From Thermodesulfobacteriota bacterium (GTDB lineage Bacteria > Desulfobacterota > Binatia > UBA9968 > JAJDTQ01), in the NCBI GenBank assembly GCA_965116635.1, contig OZ220710.1, positions 2,010,549-2,074,548 on the forward strand: a DNA stretch of 64,000 nt, read 5' to 3'. Each line of letters starts with the position of its first letter. The first letter of the stretch is position 1. Below are positions 47,234 through 55,565 of the stretch, one piece after another. A program made the translations under genes and the position numbers. The notes under the pieces were generated by a model. The model was not told the DNA's origin. It was given only the letters and a program-made list of their open reading frames with translations, and ran no database searches.

Positions 47234-47371
47234 CGCGTCCTTCGACTTCGCTTCGCGAAGCCTGTCCTGGGCCTTGTCGAAGGGCTCAGGACGAAGGTGG
47301 GTGCGAGTGTTGCGCGACATGAACTCCACAACCGTTCGTCCTGAGCGTAGCGAAGCGAAGTCGAAGGACGC
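47234..47371. repeat. palindromic intergenic repeat, copy D (full form)
   Basis: gcgtccttcgacttcgcttcgcgaagcctgtcctgggccttgtcgaagggctcaggacgaag ... ccgttcgtcctgagcgtagcgaagcgaagtcgaaggacgc. Its termini are about 95 % identical to copy C. Confidence 0.85.
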
Positions 47372-47444
47372 TATCCAGGCGGCCCACATCTATCCTTGTC
47401 GGCAAAGGCCTCGCAAACTATAGTTACGGCGTAGGAGGTGAACC

Positions 47445-48377
47445 ATGACCAGCACTCTCCGCTTTAGCGGCGCCATCCCGGCGAATCTGCTGCCCTTCAA
47501 CGAGGATCTCTCCTTTGACGAGGTCAACTACCGGAGGCACCTGTCCTGGCTGGCCGCGGTGGACGGCGTCAGCGCCATCGTGTGCAACGGCCATGCCGGC
47601 GAGGTGTCGTCGCTGGATCGGGAGGAACGGCGCCGGGCACTGGCCATCGCCGCGGACCAGGTGGGCGACCGGGTCGAGCTCATCGCCGGCATCTACACCG
47701 ACAACACCCTGGAAGCTGCCGAACTGGCCAAGGAGGCCAAGACCGAAGGCGCGACCGGGCTGCTGATCTTTCCGCCGACACTCTTCATGTGGGGCGCCCG
47801 GCTCCGGCCGGAGATGGCCATCGTCCACTTCGAAACCATTGCCGAGGCCACCGACCTGCCGATCATCGTCTTCGAGTATCCGCCGGCCAGCGGTATCGGC
47901 TACGCCCCCGAAACCCTGGCGCGGCTGGCGGAGATCGAGCACGTGGTGGGAGTCAAGGATTGGAGCAACGACATGGCGGCCCTGGAGGCCAACCTTCGGG
48001 CGTTGCGCGGCACCGGCCGGCCCGTGGCCATGCTGAGCAGCTACACCATGTCCATGTTCGCGAGCTACGTCCTGGGGGCGGACGGCTCCATTTCAGGTAT
48101 GGGAAGCGTCACCGCGGACCTTCACGCCGACCTCTTCCGGGCGGTTCAGGCCGGGGACCTGGAAGCCGGCCGTGCGCTCAACGACCGCCTGGCCCCGCTG
48201 GTGGAGGTGTTCTACGCCCCGCCCTTCGTGGACATGCACAACCGCATGAAGGAAGCGTTGGTGCTCCTGGGACGCATCGACAAGGCCGTGGTGCGGCCGC
48301 CCCTCCAGCGCATCAGCGACGCCGAGCGCGAACGCATCCGGCTGGCGCTGCTGCGGTCCGGGTTGCTACTACCGTAA
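47445..48377 (+). CDS. dihydrodipicolinate synthase/N-acetylneuraminate lyase family (class I aldolase)
   Basis: 310 aa DapA-like (AIVCNGHAGEVSSLDREER, GVKDWSND with Schiff-base Lys context). Confidence 0.8.
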   Translation: MTSTLRFSGAIPANLLPFNEDLSFDEVNYRRHLSWLAAVDGVSAIVCNGHAGEVSSLDREERRRALAIAADQVGDRVELIAGIYTDNTLEAAELAKEAKTEGATGLLIFPPTLFMWGARLRPEMAIVHFETIAEATDLPIIVFEYPPASGIGYAPETLARLAEIEHVVGVKDWSNDMAALEANLRALRGTGRPVAMLSSYTMSMFASYVLGADGSISGMGSVTADLHADLFRAVQAGDLEAGRALNDRLAPLVEVFYAPPFVDMHNRMKEALVLLGRIDKAVVRPPLQRISDAERERIRLALLRSGLLLP

Positions 48378-48446
48378 GGCGAGCGCGCCCGCCACCACCT
48401 CACCGCGCCACGTGTCGTATTCACGGTCCATACCACCGGCAACTGG

Positions 48447-49466
48447 TCAGGCAACCCGTCTGGCAACGGGCTTCGACGCCTTTACAAGTGATCTCACGAC
48501 GGCCCGCATGACTGGGGGACACACTGCGTTGCCGAGCAGCTTGACACGGTCGCGCCGCGATCCATAGGGCAACACATACCGATTGTCGAATCCCATCGCC
48601 CTCTGGATCTCTGGTGGCTGTAACATTCGAAGCATTGGGGTCCCGCTTTCCCAGGTCACCAAGCCAAACCGATCGATGGTTGTAAGGGTTCGGAGAGGGA
48701 AATCAATAGACTGCCAGCCCCCGCTCCCGTCCGAACCGTAGTAGACGACCAGAAATGGTTCTCCGCGGCCTAGTTCCGATATCGCCCGCTCCGCCTTTTC
48801 GATGGTTGCGTCTGCACGTCCGGCGGCATATAGAGGCTTGGACCCCCACGGTTCAGTCCACATAATGACATCAGACCGCACCGAACGTCGCCCCCGCGTT
48901 GCGCCTTTGACGCCGGTGACAGCCTTCTCGCGGTCGCAAACCAGGAAAAGACGTCGGCGTTTCTGCGGAACCCCAAAATCCAAAGCGTCGAGTATTTGCC
49001 GAAGGACGCTGTATCCGAGGCGTTCCAGGGCCAAAACAAGTTTTTCGAAGCCATCCCAATTCCGAAGCTGGACCACGTTCTCAAGGATGATCCACCTCGG
49101 CTCCAGAGTCCTAGCGAAATCGAGCACATACCTAGCCGTTTCCCTGCTCTGTCTGTCCAGGGGCCGGTTCCCCCTCGCACAAGTGTGATTGCGGCACTCC
49201 GGCGACGCTAGAATAAGGTCAATATCTCTGACGCCGTTCAATGACGATTGACAACCCTCTTCGAGCGTCAAGTTGATGCCGACGCCCGCGCCGAAGTTTG
49301 CCTCATACGTGCTAGCCGCCACATCCCAGGCATCCACGCCGCATACAATCTTTGCCCCTGCGGCCCTAGCCCCCCAACTGCTCCCCCCACCCCCACAGAA
49401 CAGGTCCAACGTGCGCACTTTGCCGTTGACCTGTGAGCCAACTGTCTTGCGTTTTCCCCTCCTCAT
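48447..49466 (-). CDS. dcm: DNA (cytosine-5)-methyltransferase
   Basis: C5-MTase motifs I (DLFCGGGG), IV (PC-like ASPECRNHT), VI (ENV), VIII (QKRRRLF) and X (GNAV). Confidence 0.9.
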   Translation of the reverse strand: MRRGKRKTVGSQVNGKVRTLDLFCGGGGSSWGARAAGAKIVCGVDAWDVAASTYEANFGAGVGINLTLEEGCQSSLNGVRDIDLILASPECRNHTCARGNRPLDRQSRETARYVLDFARTLEPRWIILENVVQLRNWDGFEKLVLALERLGYSVLRQILDALDFGVPQKRRRLFLVCDREKAVTGVKGATRGRRSVRSDVIMWTEPWGSKPLYAAGRADATIEKAERAISELGRGEPFLVVYYGSDGSGGWQSIDFPLRTLTTIDRFGLVTWESGTPMLRMLQPPEIQRAMGFDNRYVLPYGSRRDRVKLLGNAVCPPVMRAVVRSLVKASKPVARRVA

Positions 49467-49470
49467 CGAG

Positions 49471-49908
49471 TCACTTCCTTGGCACCCTGTTGTCTCGCAA
49501 AAAAGAGACGACTTTCATCAAGCATGCCTCTGGCGATCGCACGATCTGATGCTCCCAGATTCGGACCACCTTCCACCCCATCCGCCGGAGGCGCCGGTGA
49601 TTTCGCATATCGCGACGACGAGTAGCATCAATCTTGGCCTCCCACTTGTCCGAGAGCTTGTCCCGCCACCGTGGGAAACGCCATCCGTGCCAAAAGTCGC
49701 CATCTACGAAGACGGTTACACGCTGGTTCCGAAAGACAAAGTCCGGACGTCCCGGCAGATCCCGAACATGGCTCTCCCAGGCAAGGCCCGCTGACGAAAA
49801 AACCTCGGCCATGGCCCTCTCCGGACCCGTGTCGCGACCTCTGATACGCGACATGACCAAGCTTCTGGTTTCCGGTGACATGATGTCACCGCGGTGGCGC
49901 TCACCCAT
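49471..49908 (-). CDS. vsr: very-short-patch repair endonuclease
   Basis: MSPETRSLVMSRIRGRDTGPE...FVDGDFWHG is a canonical Vsr. It lies 4 nt upstream of dcm. Confidence 0.85.
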   Translation of the reverse strand: MGERHRGDIMSPETRSLVMSRIRGRDTGPERAMAEVFSSAGLAWESHVRDLPGRPDFVFRNQRVTVFVDGDFWHGWRFPRWRDKLSDKWEAKIDATRRRDMRNHRRLRRMGWKVVRIWEHQIVRSPEACLMKVVSFLRDNRVPRK

Positions 49909-51730
49909 CGCGTCCGGCCTGACCCCGCGTGCTTTGTTTGCCTCCGGTGAGCTCCGGGATGCGCGGGACCGTTTCCAGATAGGTCTCAGCCCGAATTTCC
50001 TGCCAACACTCCGCCTTCTTCGCCCACTCGGAGACCATTCGTCCTTTGGCCGTGCGGTTCAGAACCTCATTGACCTTCTCTGCCCACTTGGCAATCTGCG
50101 TGGCCAGGGGCTGTGATGTCTCCTGTTGCACCCACACCCTGTCGAGGTCGAGCCTGGATCCGATGCGTGCCGCAACGATCGACACCGTATACGTGGCGAT
50201 ATTGGCCTGAAAGGCGGGGAACATGCGACGCGCCAGTTTCTGTGTCATCCTGTACACAATCGCCTTCGCAATCATCTGCTTGAAACCTGTCACATCCGGT
50301 ACAAACGCTCTCAGGTCACCGTCGGCATCGTTGAGCCGATCCATGAGCGTGGCGAAATTCTTTTGTGCCCCGAAACTTACCGCATCTGGCATTTGATCCC
50401 ATGCGTTGAGATATTTGGCCAAGTCGGTCTTCGTGATCTTCCGGGCGGGTGGAATAGCCTGCTTCAGTTTGCGAAGTTGCGCCGGCGTTGTCCCTTCGCG
50501 GGCGAGCATCGTCTTGTAGCTACCGGCCGCACGCTCGTAGAACCATCGACCCACACCGTCGGGACAGTAGGTCGTCAACGCGAGACTCTCCACCCTCCTG
50601 TGAAAGGCCGCATTCGCAGACAAATCAGACTGTCGTATCGAGTTCTGGCTGTTTGCGTACTTCGAGATATTGGCAACAAGCGCTTCTTCCGCACCTGTAT
50701 CAGCCGACTTCAATAGGATGATCTTCACCGGAACTCGCACACGACGAAGGTCTACCTCCGTGTTTCTCTTCTTGCTGAAATAGAGCGAGGCCGTTGTCTG
50801 GCCGCCATTCACAATCTGCATACCCTTCAGCCAGGAGATGCCTGGTCCACCATCCGCAGTGTGTCCGAGTCTGACCTCGTCGGCAATCACGACGATTCCA
50901 TTGTTGTAGGCCATGAAACGTTCCGGAACCTCGCGGAGTGTGTCGCGTATCCCCTTGTTGACCTTTCCTGTCATGCTGAGAAATGAACGGACGTTGGCCT
51001 CCAGCAGACGATCGCCGTACTTCTCGTAAACGAAACGAAGGGCCTCGCCGGGCATAGCTGTCATGGCATAGTCGTAGTCGGTCGCCTCGCCGGGAACATA
51101 GACGCATGGAAGTGGCCCACCCGCAACCGCCTCAAAGTCGACAGTCAGTTCATCACGTGGTTTCCCTTCGGCCCAGTGACGATACAGTCGTTCGATGTCC
51201 ATGACTTCGAGCTTGATTGTTTTTCCACTGACCTCTCTGGCCTTGAAGTTCTTCGACTTCGCCTTCCTGTCGGTGAGGACGTAAATCCTGATCTGATCAA
51301 GTCGATGGTAAGAATCATGGATGTTCGTCACAAGACCATAGGCGTCGTTCGACGGTTCCATTGAAGCGCCAAGGCTCCCTTGTGCAGCTTTCGCCAGAAA
51401 ACGGAGACACTGTTCGGCAGCCATCTTTGTCATCGAATCCGGGATGGAAGCAATCTCGTCAACACCACCGTAAAGACTGACGAACAGGTCGAGTTGGTCC
51501 GCATCGTCGGAAATTGCATATCCACTGAGGCGCAATCTTGCGTTTCCGATACTCGCCATGTAGTGACAGACTTCCGGATCATCGAACGTCATGCCGATTT
51601 CCGACATGTGATCCATGACTACCTCGGCGAATACCGACTCGGGATAGGGGTAGGGGCTGCCTATCTCGACGGTCTGAATCTGTGAGCGGACATCCGCCTG
51701 TGTTTGCCTCAGAAATTCTTCGAGGTCCAT
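49901..51730 (-). CDS. AIPR (abortive-infection phage-resistance) family protein
   Basis: 609 aa with a conserved core around MQIVNGGQTTASL, as in AIPR proteins that occur in dcm-linked Z1/HATPase cassettes. Confidence 0.7.
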   Translation of the reverse strand: MDLEEFLRQTQADVRSQIQTVEIGSPYPYPESVFAEVVMDHMSEIGMTFDDPEVCHYMASIGNARLRLSGYAISDDADQLDLFVSLYGGVDEIASIPDSMTKMAAEQCLRFLAKAAQGSLGASMEPSNDAYGLVTNIHDSYHRLDQIRIYVLTDRKAKSKNFKAREVSGKTIKLEVMDIERLYRHWAEGKPRDELTVDFEAVAGGPLPCVYVPGEATDYDYAMTAMPGEALRFVYEKYGDRLLEANVRSFLSMTGKVNKGIRDTLREVPERFMAYNNGIVVIADEVRLGHTADGGPGISWLKGMQIVNGGQTTASLYFSKKRNTEVDLRRVRVPVKIILLKSADTGAEEALVANISKYANSQNSIRQSDLSANAAFHRRVESLALTTYCPDGVGRWFYERAAGSYKTMLAREGTTPAQLRKLKQAIPPARKITKTDLAKYLNAWDQMPDAVSFGAQKNFATLMDRLNDADGDLRAFVPDVTGFKQMIAKAIVYRMTQKLARRMFPAFQANIATYTVSIVAARIGSRLDLDRVWVQQETSQPLATQIAKWAEKVNEVLNRTAKGRMVSEWAKKAECWQEIRAETYLETVPRIPELTGGKQSTRGQAGRDG

Positions 51731-51733
51731 CTT

Positions 51734-52744
51734 TCAGATCACCTGCAGTTTCGCGAGTGCGTCCTTTAATTCGATTCTCGGCTCTTGAACCATCTCGAGG
51801 TCGAGTTCGTAACGCGCGGTGCGAATAGCCCGGGCGATATTGGCGTGGCTTAGTTTCGGAAAACCCGCATGGACGCTGAAGATTGCCGTACTGCCGTACC
51901 GAAATCTCCGTCGGTACCGGTTCGAGAGATCCACCAGAAAGCCGGCCTGGAGGACAAGATCCTCGAAACTCCCCAGCAATGCGGGATCGTCACGCAAGAG
52001 GTCGCCAATAACGCCAACCAGTGCTGGCAGCGTCCTACCTGACGCATCGAGAACCAGCTGAACTCCCACGAGAAAAAGCCATTGGACCAGCGACTCGTCG
52101 AGTTGCTCCAAGGATCCCACAACCGCAGGAAACTCCCCGGAAGCCACGCTCGCCTTTACCTCCATTGCGCCGTTTCCCAGCACGAAATCATGAAGTCCAT
52201 CAACCGGACCGCGCCAACCATCAACGGCGACGGACGCGGGCACTCCGTTTTCCAGGAGTTGCTGCAGGAACGAAAGCTCGCCGACCAACCCCACTTCCGC
52301 CGCTGGACCGAGAACCTCGTCCCGACCTCGATCCATGAATGACTGCCATGCCCGAATTCTCGCGGTGAACCGCCGCACCAGATCCACATCACCGCCGGCG
52401 TGATCGGATAGGACATCTATGACATCTTCGGCCATTCTCGCGAAGATTTCACGACTGCCGGCGGACTCCCTAACGAGAGCCACCCAAGTCCGAGCATCTC
52501 CAGGCATCTCATCGAAGTCCACCTCGACACGGAATCCCCGGCCACGGGGTAATGTGTTGGCATCGACCGCGGTTCCGCCCGGGACAAAACCGATAAGAAG
52601 AGCCTCCTCGCCACCCACAAAATGACGCCCTGCGAGAATACGACATGGCCCTGCTGGCTCGACTGGTATGGTACGCCACCCTTCACCAGCAAGACTGTCC
52701 CCCAGTGCCCGCCACGCCGCTTGAAGGTCAGTCCGCGGAGCCAT
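51734..52744 (-). CDS. PD-(D/E)xK-motif protein (putative nuclease) of the Z1/AIPR cassette
   Basis: About 336 aa. Candidate motif ...GELSFLQQL...HDFVLGNGAMEVKAS (D...E-V-K). Start taken at MAPRTD (52744), overlapping the Z1 stop. Confidence 0.5.
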   Translation of the reverse strand: MAPRTDLQAAWRALGDSLAGEGWRTIPVEPAGPCRILAGRHFVGGEEALLIGFVPGGTAVDANTLPRGRGFRVEVDFDEMPGDARTWVALVRESAGSREIFARMAEDVIDVLSDHAGGDVDLVRRFTARIRAWQSFMDRGRDEVLGPAAEVGLVGELSFLQQLLENGVPASVAVDGWRGPVDGLHDFVLGNGAMEVKASVASGEFPAVVGSLEQLDESLVQWLFLVGVQLVLDASGRTLPALVGVIGDLLRDDPALLGSFEDLVLQAGFLVDLSNRYRRRFRYGSTAIFSVHAGFPKLSHANIARAIRTARYELDLEMVQEPRIELKDALAKLQVI

Positions 52745-55562
52745 ACTCCTGCTCCCACAACACATTGTTGACCTTGTATTCGACTTTCTCGTCCCGCCTG
52801 CTGTCCGGAAAGCTGATCGCGAAGGCTGTGATCGCAGGGTCGCCGTGAGCAAACCCCGCATCGGCTTTCTGCGGGTCAAGCACATACAGAAAAAACAAAC
52901 CACAGTCGGGGTGGCTGGGCACACCCGGCGCACCCAAACCCCTGACCCTCCTCACTGCCTTCCCGGCAGGCGTATTCGGTAGCGGCGAGTCACTTGGTGC
53001 AGCCCATCCATGGGTGATATCCAGCGCAACCTTCCACTCCGCCTCATTGAGGTCGATGGCCTCGTCCCTGGGCGACATGAGTCTGCCGATGGAGTAACGG
53101 TTGCCGCTAGTGCTCTTTGCTGTTCGCTTCAACATGCTCACTTTGACGTCATTGCGGAGATCAACCTCGGCGCCCTCGCCACCGCCTATCAATGCCACGG
53201 TCCATCGGGTTAACTCGCCGTGTTGAAGCATCTTCTGAACGAATTCGGAAAGCAACAGGCTGTTGACCTTGTGAGCGTCCGGGTGCGTTCTGTAGCCCGC
53301 CAGGAAGTCCAACACGTACGACGCGGGGACATCCTGCCAGAGCCAGCTTCCCGTCCACTGCTCGCGCCGCCCGCCACGGTTTCGTTCCGGATCGGCTTCC
53401 GGCTTTCCTAGTGCGGAGATCAGACCCCTTGTTACCGACAAGTTTCCTTCAAGTTCCTCTCTGGTTCGGTATAGCGCGACGGTCTCCAAGAGTGTTCCAC
53501 TAAAAGAAAGCAGCAGGTTCCTTGCCGTCCTCATCTTCAGTCTTGACGTCACCATCAAGACCGGATGCGACTGCACCTTGAGGCCGAAGTCGCGAGGTGT
53601 CGCTCCGCTTGCGACCATATCGTCAAACTCCTGGCGAACCTCATCGGCCGCATCGGTGATGTGTCTGAACCACTCCGACAAGTCCTGGGTGGTGTAGAGT
53701 CTGCAAAGATCCAGATAGCCCGGGCGGTAGCCGAACCACCGACCCATTTGCATCAACGTGTCATACATTCTGGAGGCCCGAAGAAAGTAGCTTACGCACA
53801 GCCCCTCGAGAGTCAGGCCCCTGGATAGTTTGTCGCCTCCAATGGCAATCACGGTGAGGCCGGTGTTCTCGTGCTCCGCGTAATCTAGCGCGTCTTTTGC
53901 AGTGCCGTTGATCGTCCTCACCTGCACATCAGAAACCACGTCGGGAAGAACCGGCTCAATGTCCACCCAGCTAATGTCGTTCCCAGGAACGATCTCAGGC
54001 TCACTGTGGCGTACGTGACCGGTAGTCTCAACGAAGTCCTGCTCCCACAACGACCGCAGGCCGCCCAGGATGCCTTTCGTATCGACCTGTCGGGTCAACC
54101 GTTGTCGGACGAACCGCACACGATTCTCCACCTGCCGATGGACCTCGGCTTGAACTGACGTGAAGCGGGTCACGTGTATGAGCATTGACGAGTGCCTCTT
54201 CGTCTGGCCCCGCAACCTGCGGGCCGCGCAGGCCAACAGAAACGCGTCGACCGCTTCATTGAGGGAGGGGGGCAGGACGTCCTCTCCCTGAAACCGCGGC
54301 ATGTGACCATTCTTGTGCTGGATCGGCATCCAACTCGACGTGGTATCGTCGTCGACAATCCGCAGGAGAGTCGGACCTTGGCCATCGCTGTCCTCGGTTT
54401 CTCCGGGGCCACCGAATATCTTCGCGGACCCGACGTAGTTCGATGGCGCAGCAAGGCTGACGATGAACGCGGACGGAAACAAGTCTGGCCCCTCGCGTTT
54501 GGTCTCTCCTCGTTCATGGATGAAGATATTGGCGAAGGGCGTGGCTGTATAACCGACATATGCCGACCGCGCAAACGCGTGCAAGATGGCCCGTATGAGA
54601 CGATTGATAGCTGTGGGTTGGTGTTCGTCGTCGGGTTGACCGCTTGAATCCACAACCTGCTCGCCGGTATCTACGCTCGCGTGGTCGGCCTCATCGTCGA
54701 TCACAAGGAGCGGAAGACCGGTGACGACCCGTCTGTCACTTTCAGAATCGTAGTGGTCCGCCACGTGATTCCTGATCCATCGAAACAGCCGCTCAAGAAC
54801 GGTCTTGTTCTTCTTGACTACGAACAGCCACGGTCTTTGCTCCGGTGAGATCCCTAGATTCTTTGCAACCTTCGCTGTGAAATCACCGCCATTAGTGCGA
54901 TTCGTCGCAAAATTCGGGCGGATTGACAGGTCAGTATCAATGGTTCCCACGCCAATAGCCTGTATATCTTGCTCATTCGGTTTGGTCTCGTAACCAAGAA
55001 AACCTTCGTCCAACCGCATCTGCGTCTGTGATCGTAGGTTGTTGTGAAGGCCCGCAACAACAATCACGATCTTGTAGCCGGCGTCGGCCGCCTTGCACAA
55101 CAGTCCAGTGTAGTGGCCGGTCTTGCCCGACTGTATCTGCCCGACGACAAGGCCGCGCCTGTCCCAGCTTCCGTTCCTGTCGGGATCCTCCAGGAGACCG
55201 AGAACCGTGTCCGTCGATTGATCCATGGCATCAATCGCCTTGGCGGCCAGCATTCCATCAAGCCATTGCCGATAGCGAGGCCAGTATCGCCAGTCCTTCT
55301 TGCGGGAGGACACCAACCATGCCTCGTGCCCCGTGTCGTTTGTCAGGATGGCATCCTTGCCGATCCAAAGACTGAATCGACGAATCATTTCGTCTATGAT
55401 TGACTCTCGGCCAATCATATCCGGTTCGATGTCGAACTGGGGTCCCAGCCCCAACAACCAGTCCAACTTCTCGGCTATGACCGTCGGCGTGATCTGACGC
55501 TTACCGAGTTCCGCTTCAAGAAATACCTGCAACAACCTGATGACCTGCTCCTCCGCTGCCAT
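52728..55562 (-). CDS. Z1-domain protein (P-loop NTPase)
   Basis: 944 aa with Walker A GQIQSGKT and Walker B-like LLVIDDEADHAS, as in the Z1 domain. Confidence 0.75.
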   Translation of the reverse strand: MAAEEQVIRLLQVFLEAELGKRQITPTVIAEKLDWLLGLGPQFDIEPDMIGRESIIDEMIRRFSLWIGKDAILTNDTGHEAWLVSSRKKDWRYWPRYRQWLDGMLAAKAIDAMDQSTDTVLGLLEDPDRNGSWDRRGLVVGQIQSGKTGHYTGLLCKAADAGYKIVIVVAGLHNNLRSQTQMRLDEGFLGYETKPNEQDIQAIGVGTIDTDLSIRPNFATNRTNGGDFTAKVAKNLGISPEQRPWLFVVKKNKTVLERLFRWIRNHVADHYDSESDRRVVTGLPLLVIDDEADHASVDTGEQVVDSSGQPDDEHQPTAINRLIRAILHAFARSAYVGYTATPFANIFIHERGETKREGPDLFPSAFIVSLAAPSNYVGSAKIFGGPGETEDSDGQGPTLLRIVDDDTTSSWMPIQHKNGHMPRFQGEDVLPPSLNEAVDAFLLACAARRLRGQTKRHSSMLIHVTRFTSVQAEVHRQVENRVRFVRQRLTRQVDTKGILGGLRSLWEQDFVETTGHVRHSEPEIVPGNDISWVDIEPVLPDVVSDVQVRTINGTAKDALDYAEHENTGLTVIAIGGDKLSRGLTLEGLCVSYFLRASRMYDTLMQMGRWFGYRPGYLDLCRLYTTQDLSEWFRHITDAADEVRQEFDDMVASGATPRDFGLKVQSHPVLMVTSRLKMRTARNLLLSFSGTLLETVALYRTREELEGNLSVTRGLISALGKPEADPERNRGGRREQWTGSWLWQDVPASYVLDFLAGYRTHPDAHKVNSLLLSEFVQKMLQHGELTRWTVALIGGGEGAEVDLRNDVKVSMLKRTAKSTSGNRYSIGRLMSPRDEAIDLNEAEWKVALDITHGWAAPSDSPLPNTPAGKAVRRVRGLGAPGVPSHPDCGLFFLYVLDPQKADAGFAHGDPAITAFAISFPDSRRDEKVEYKVNNVLWEQEYGSAD

Positions 55563-55565
55563 TCT

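Noticed and set aside
46723-47331. 202 aa reading of the Xre-like antitoxin starting at 47331
   Set aside because: The N-terminal 63 codons run through MITE copy D, giving repeat-derived peptide. The conserved antitoxin begins at the ATG at 47142.
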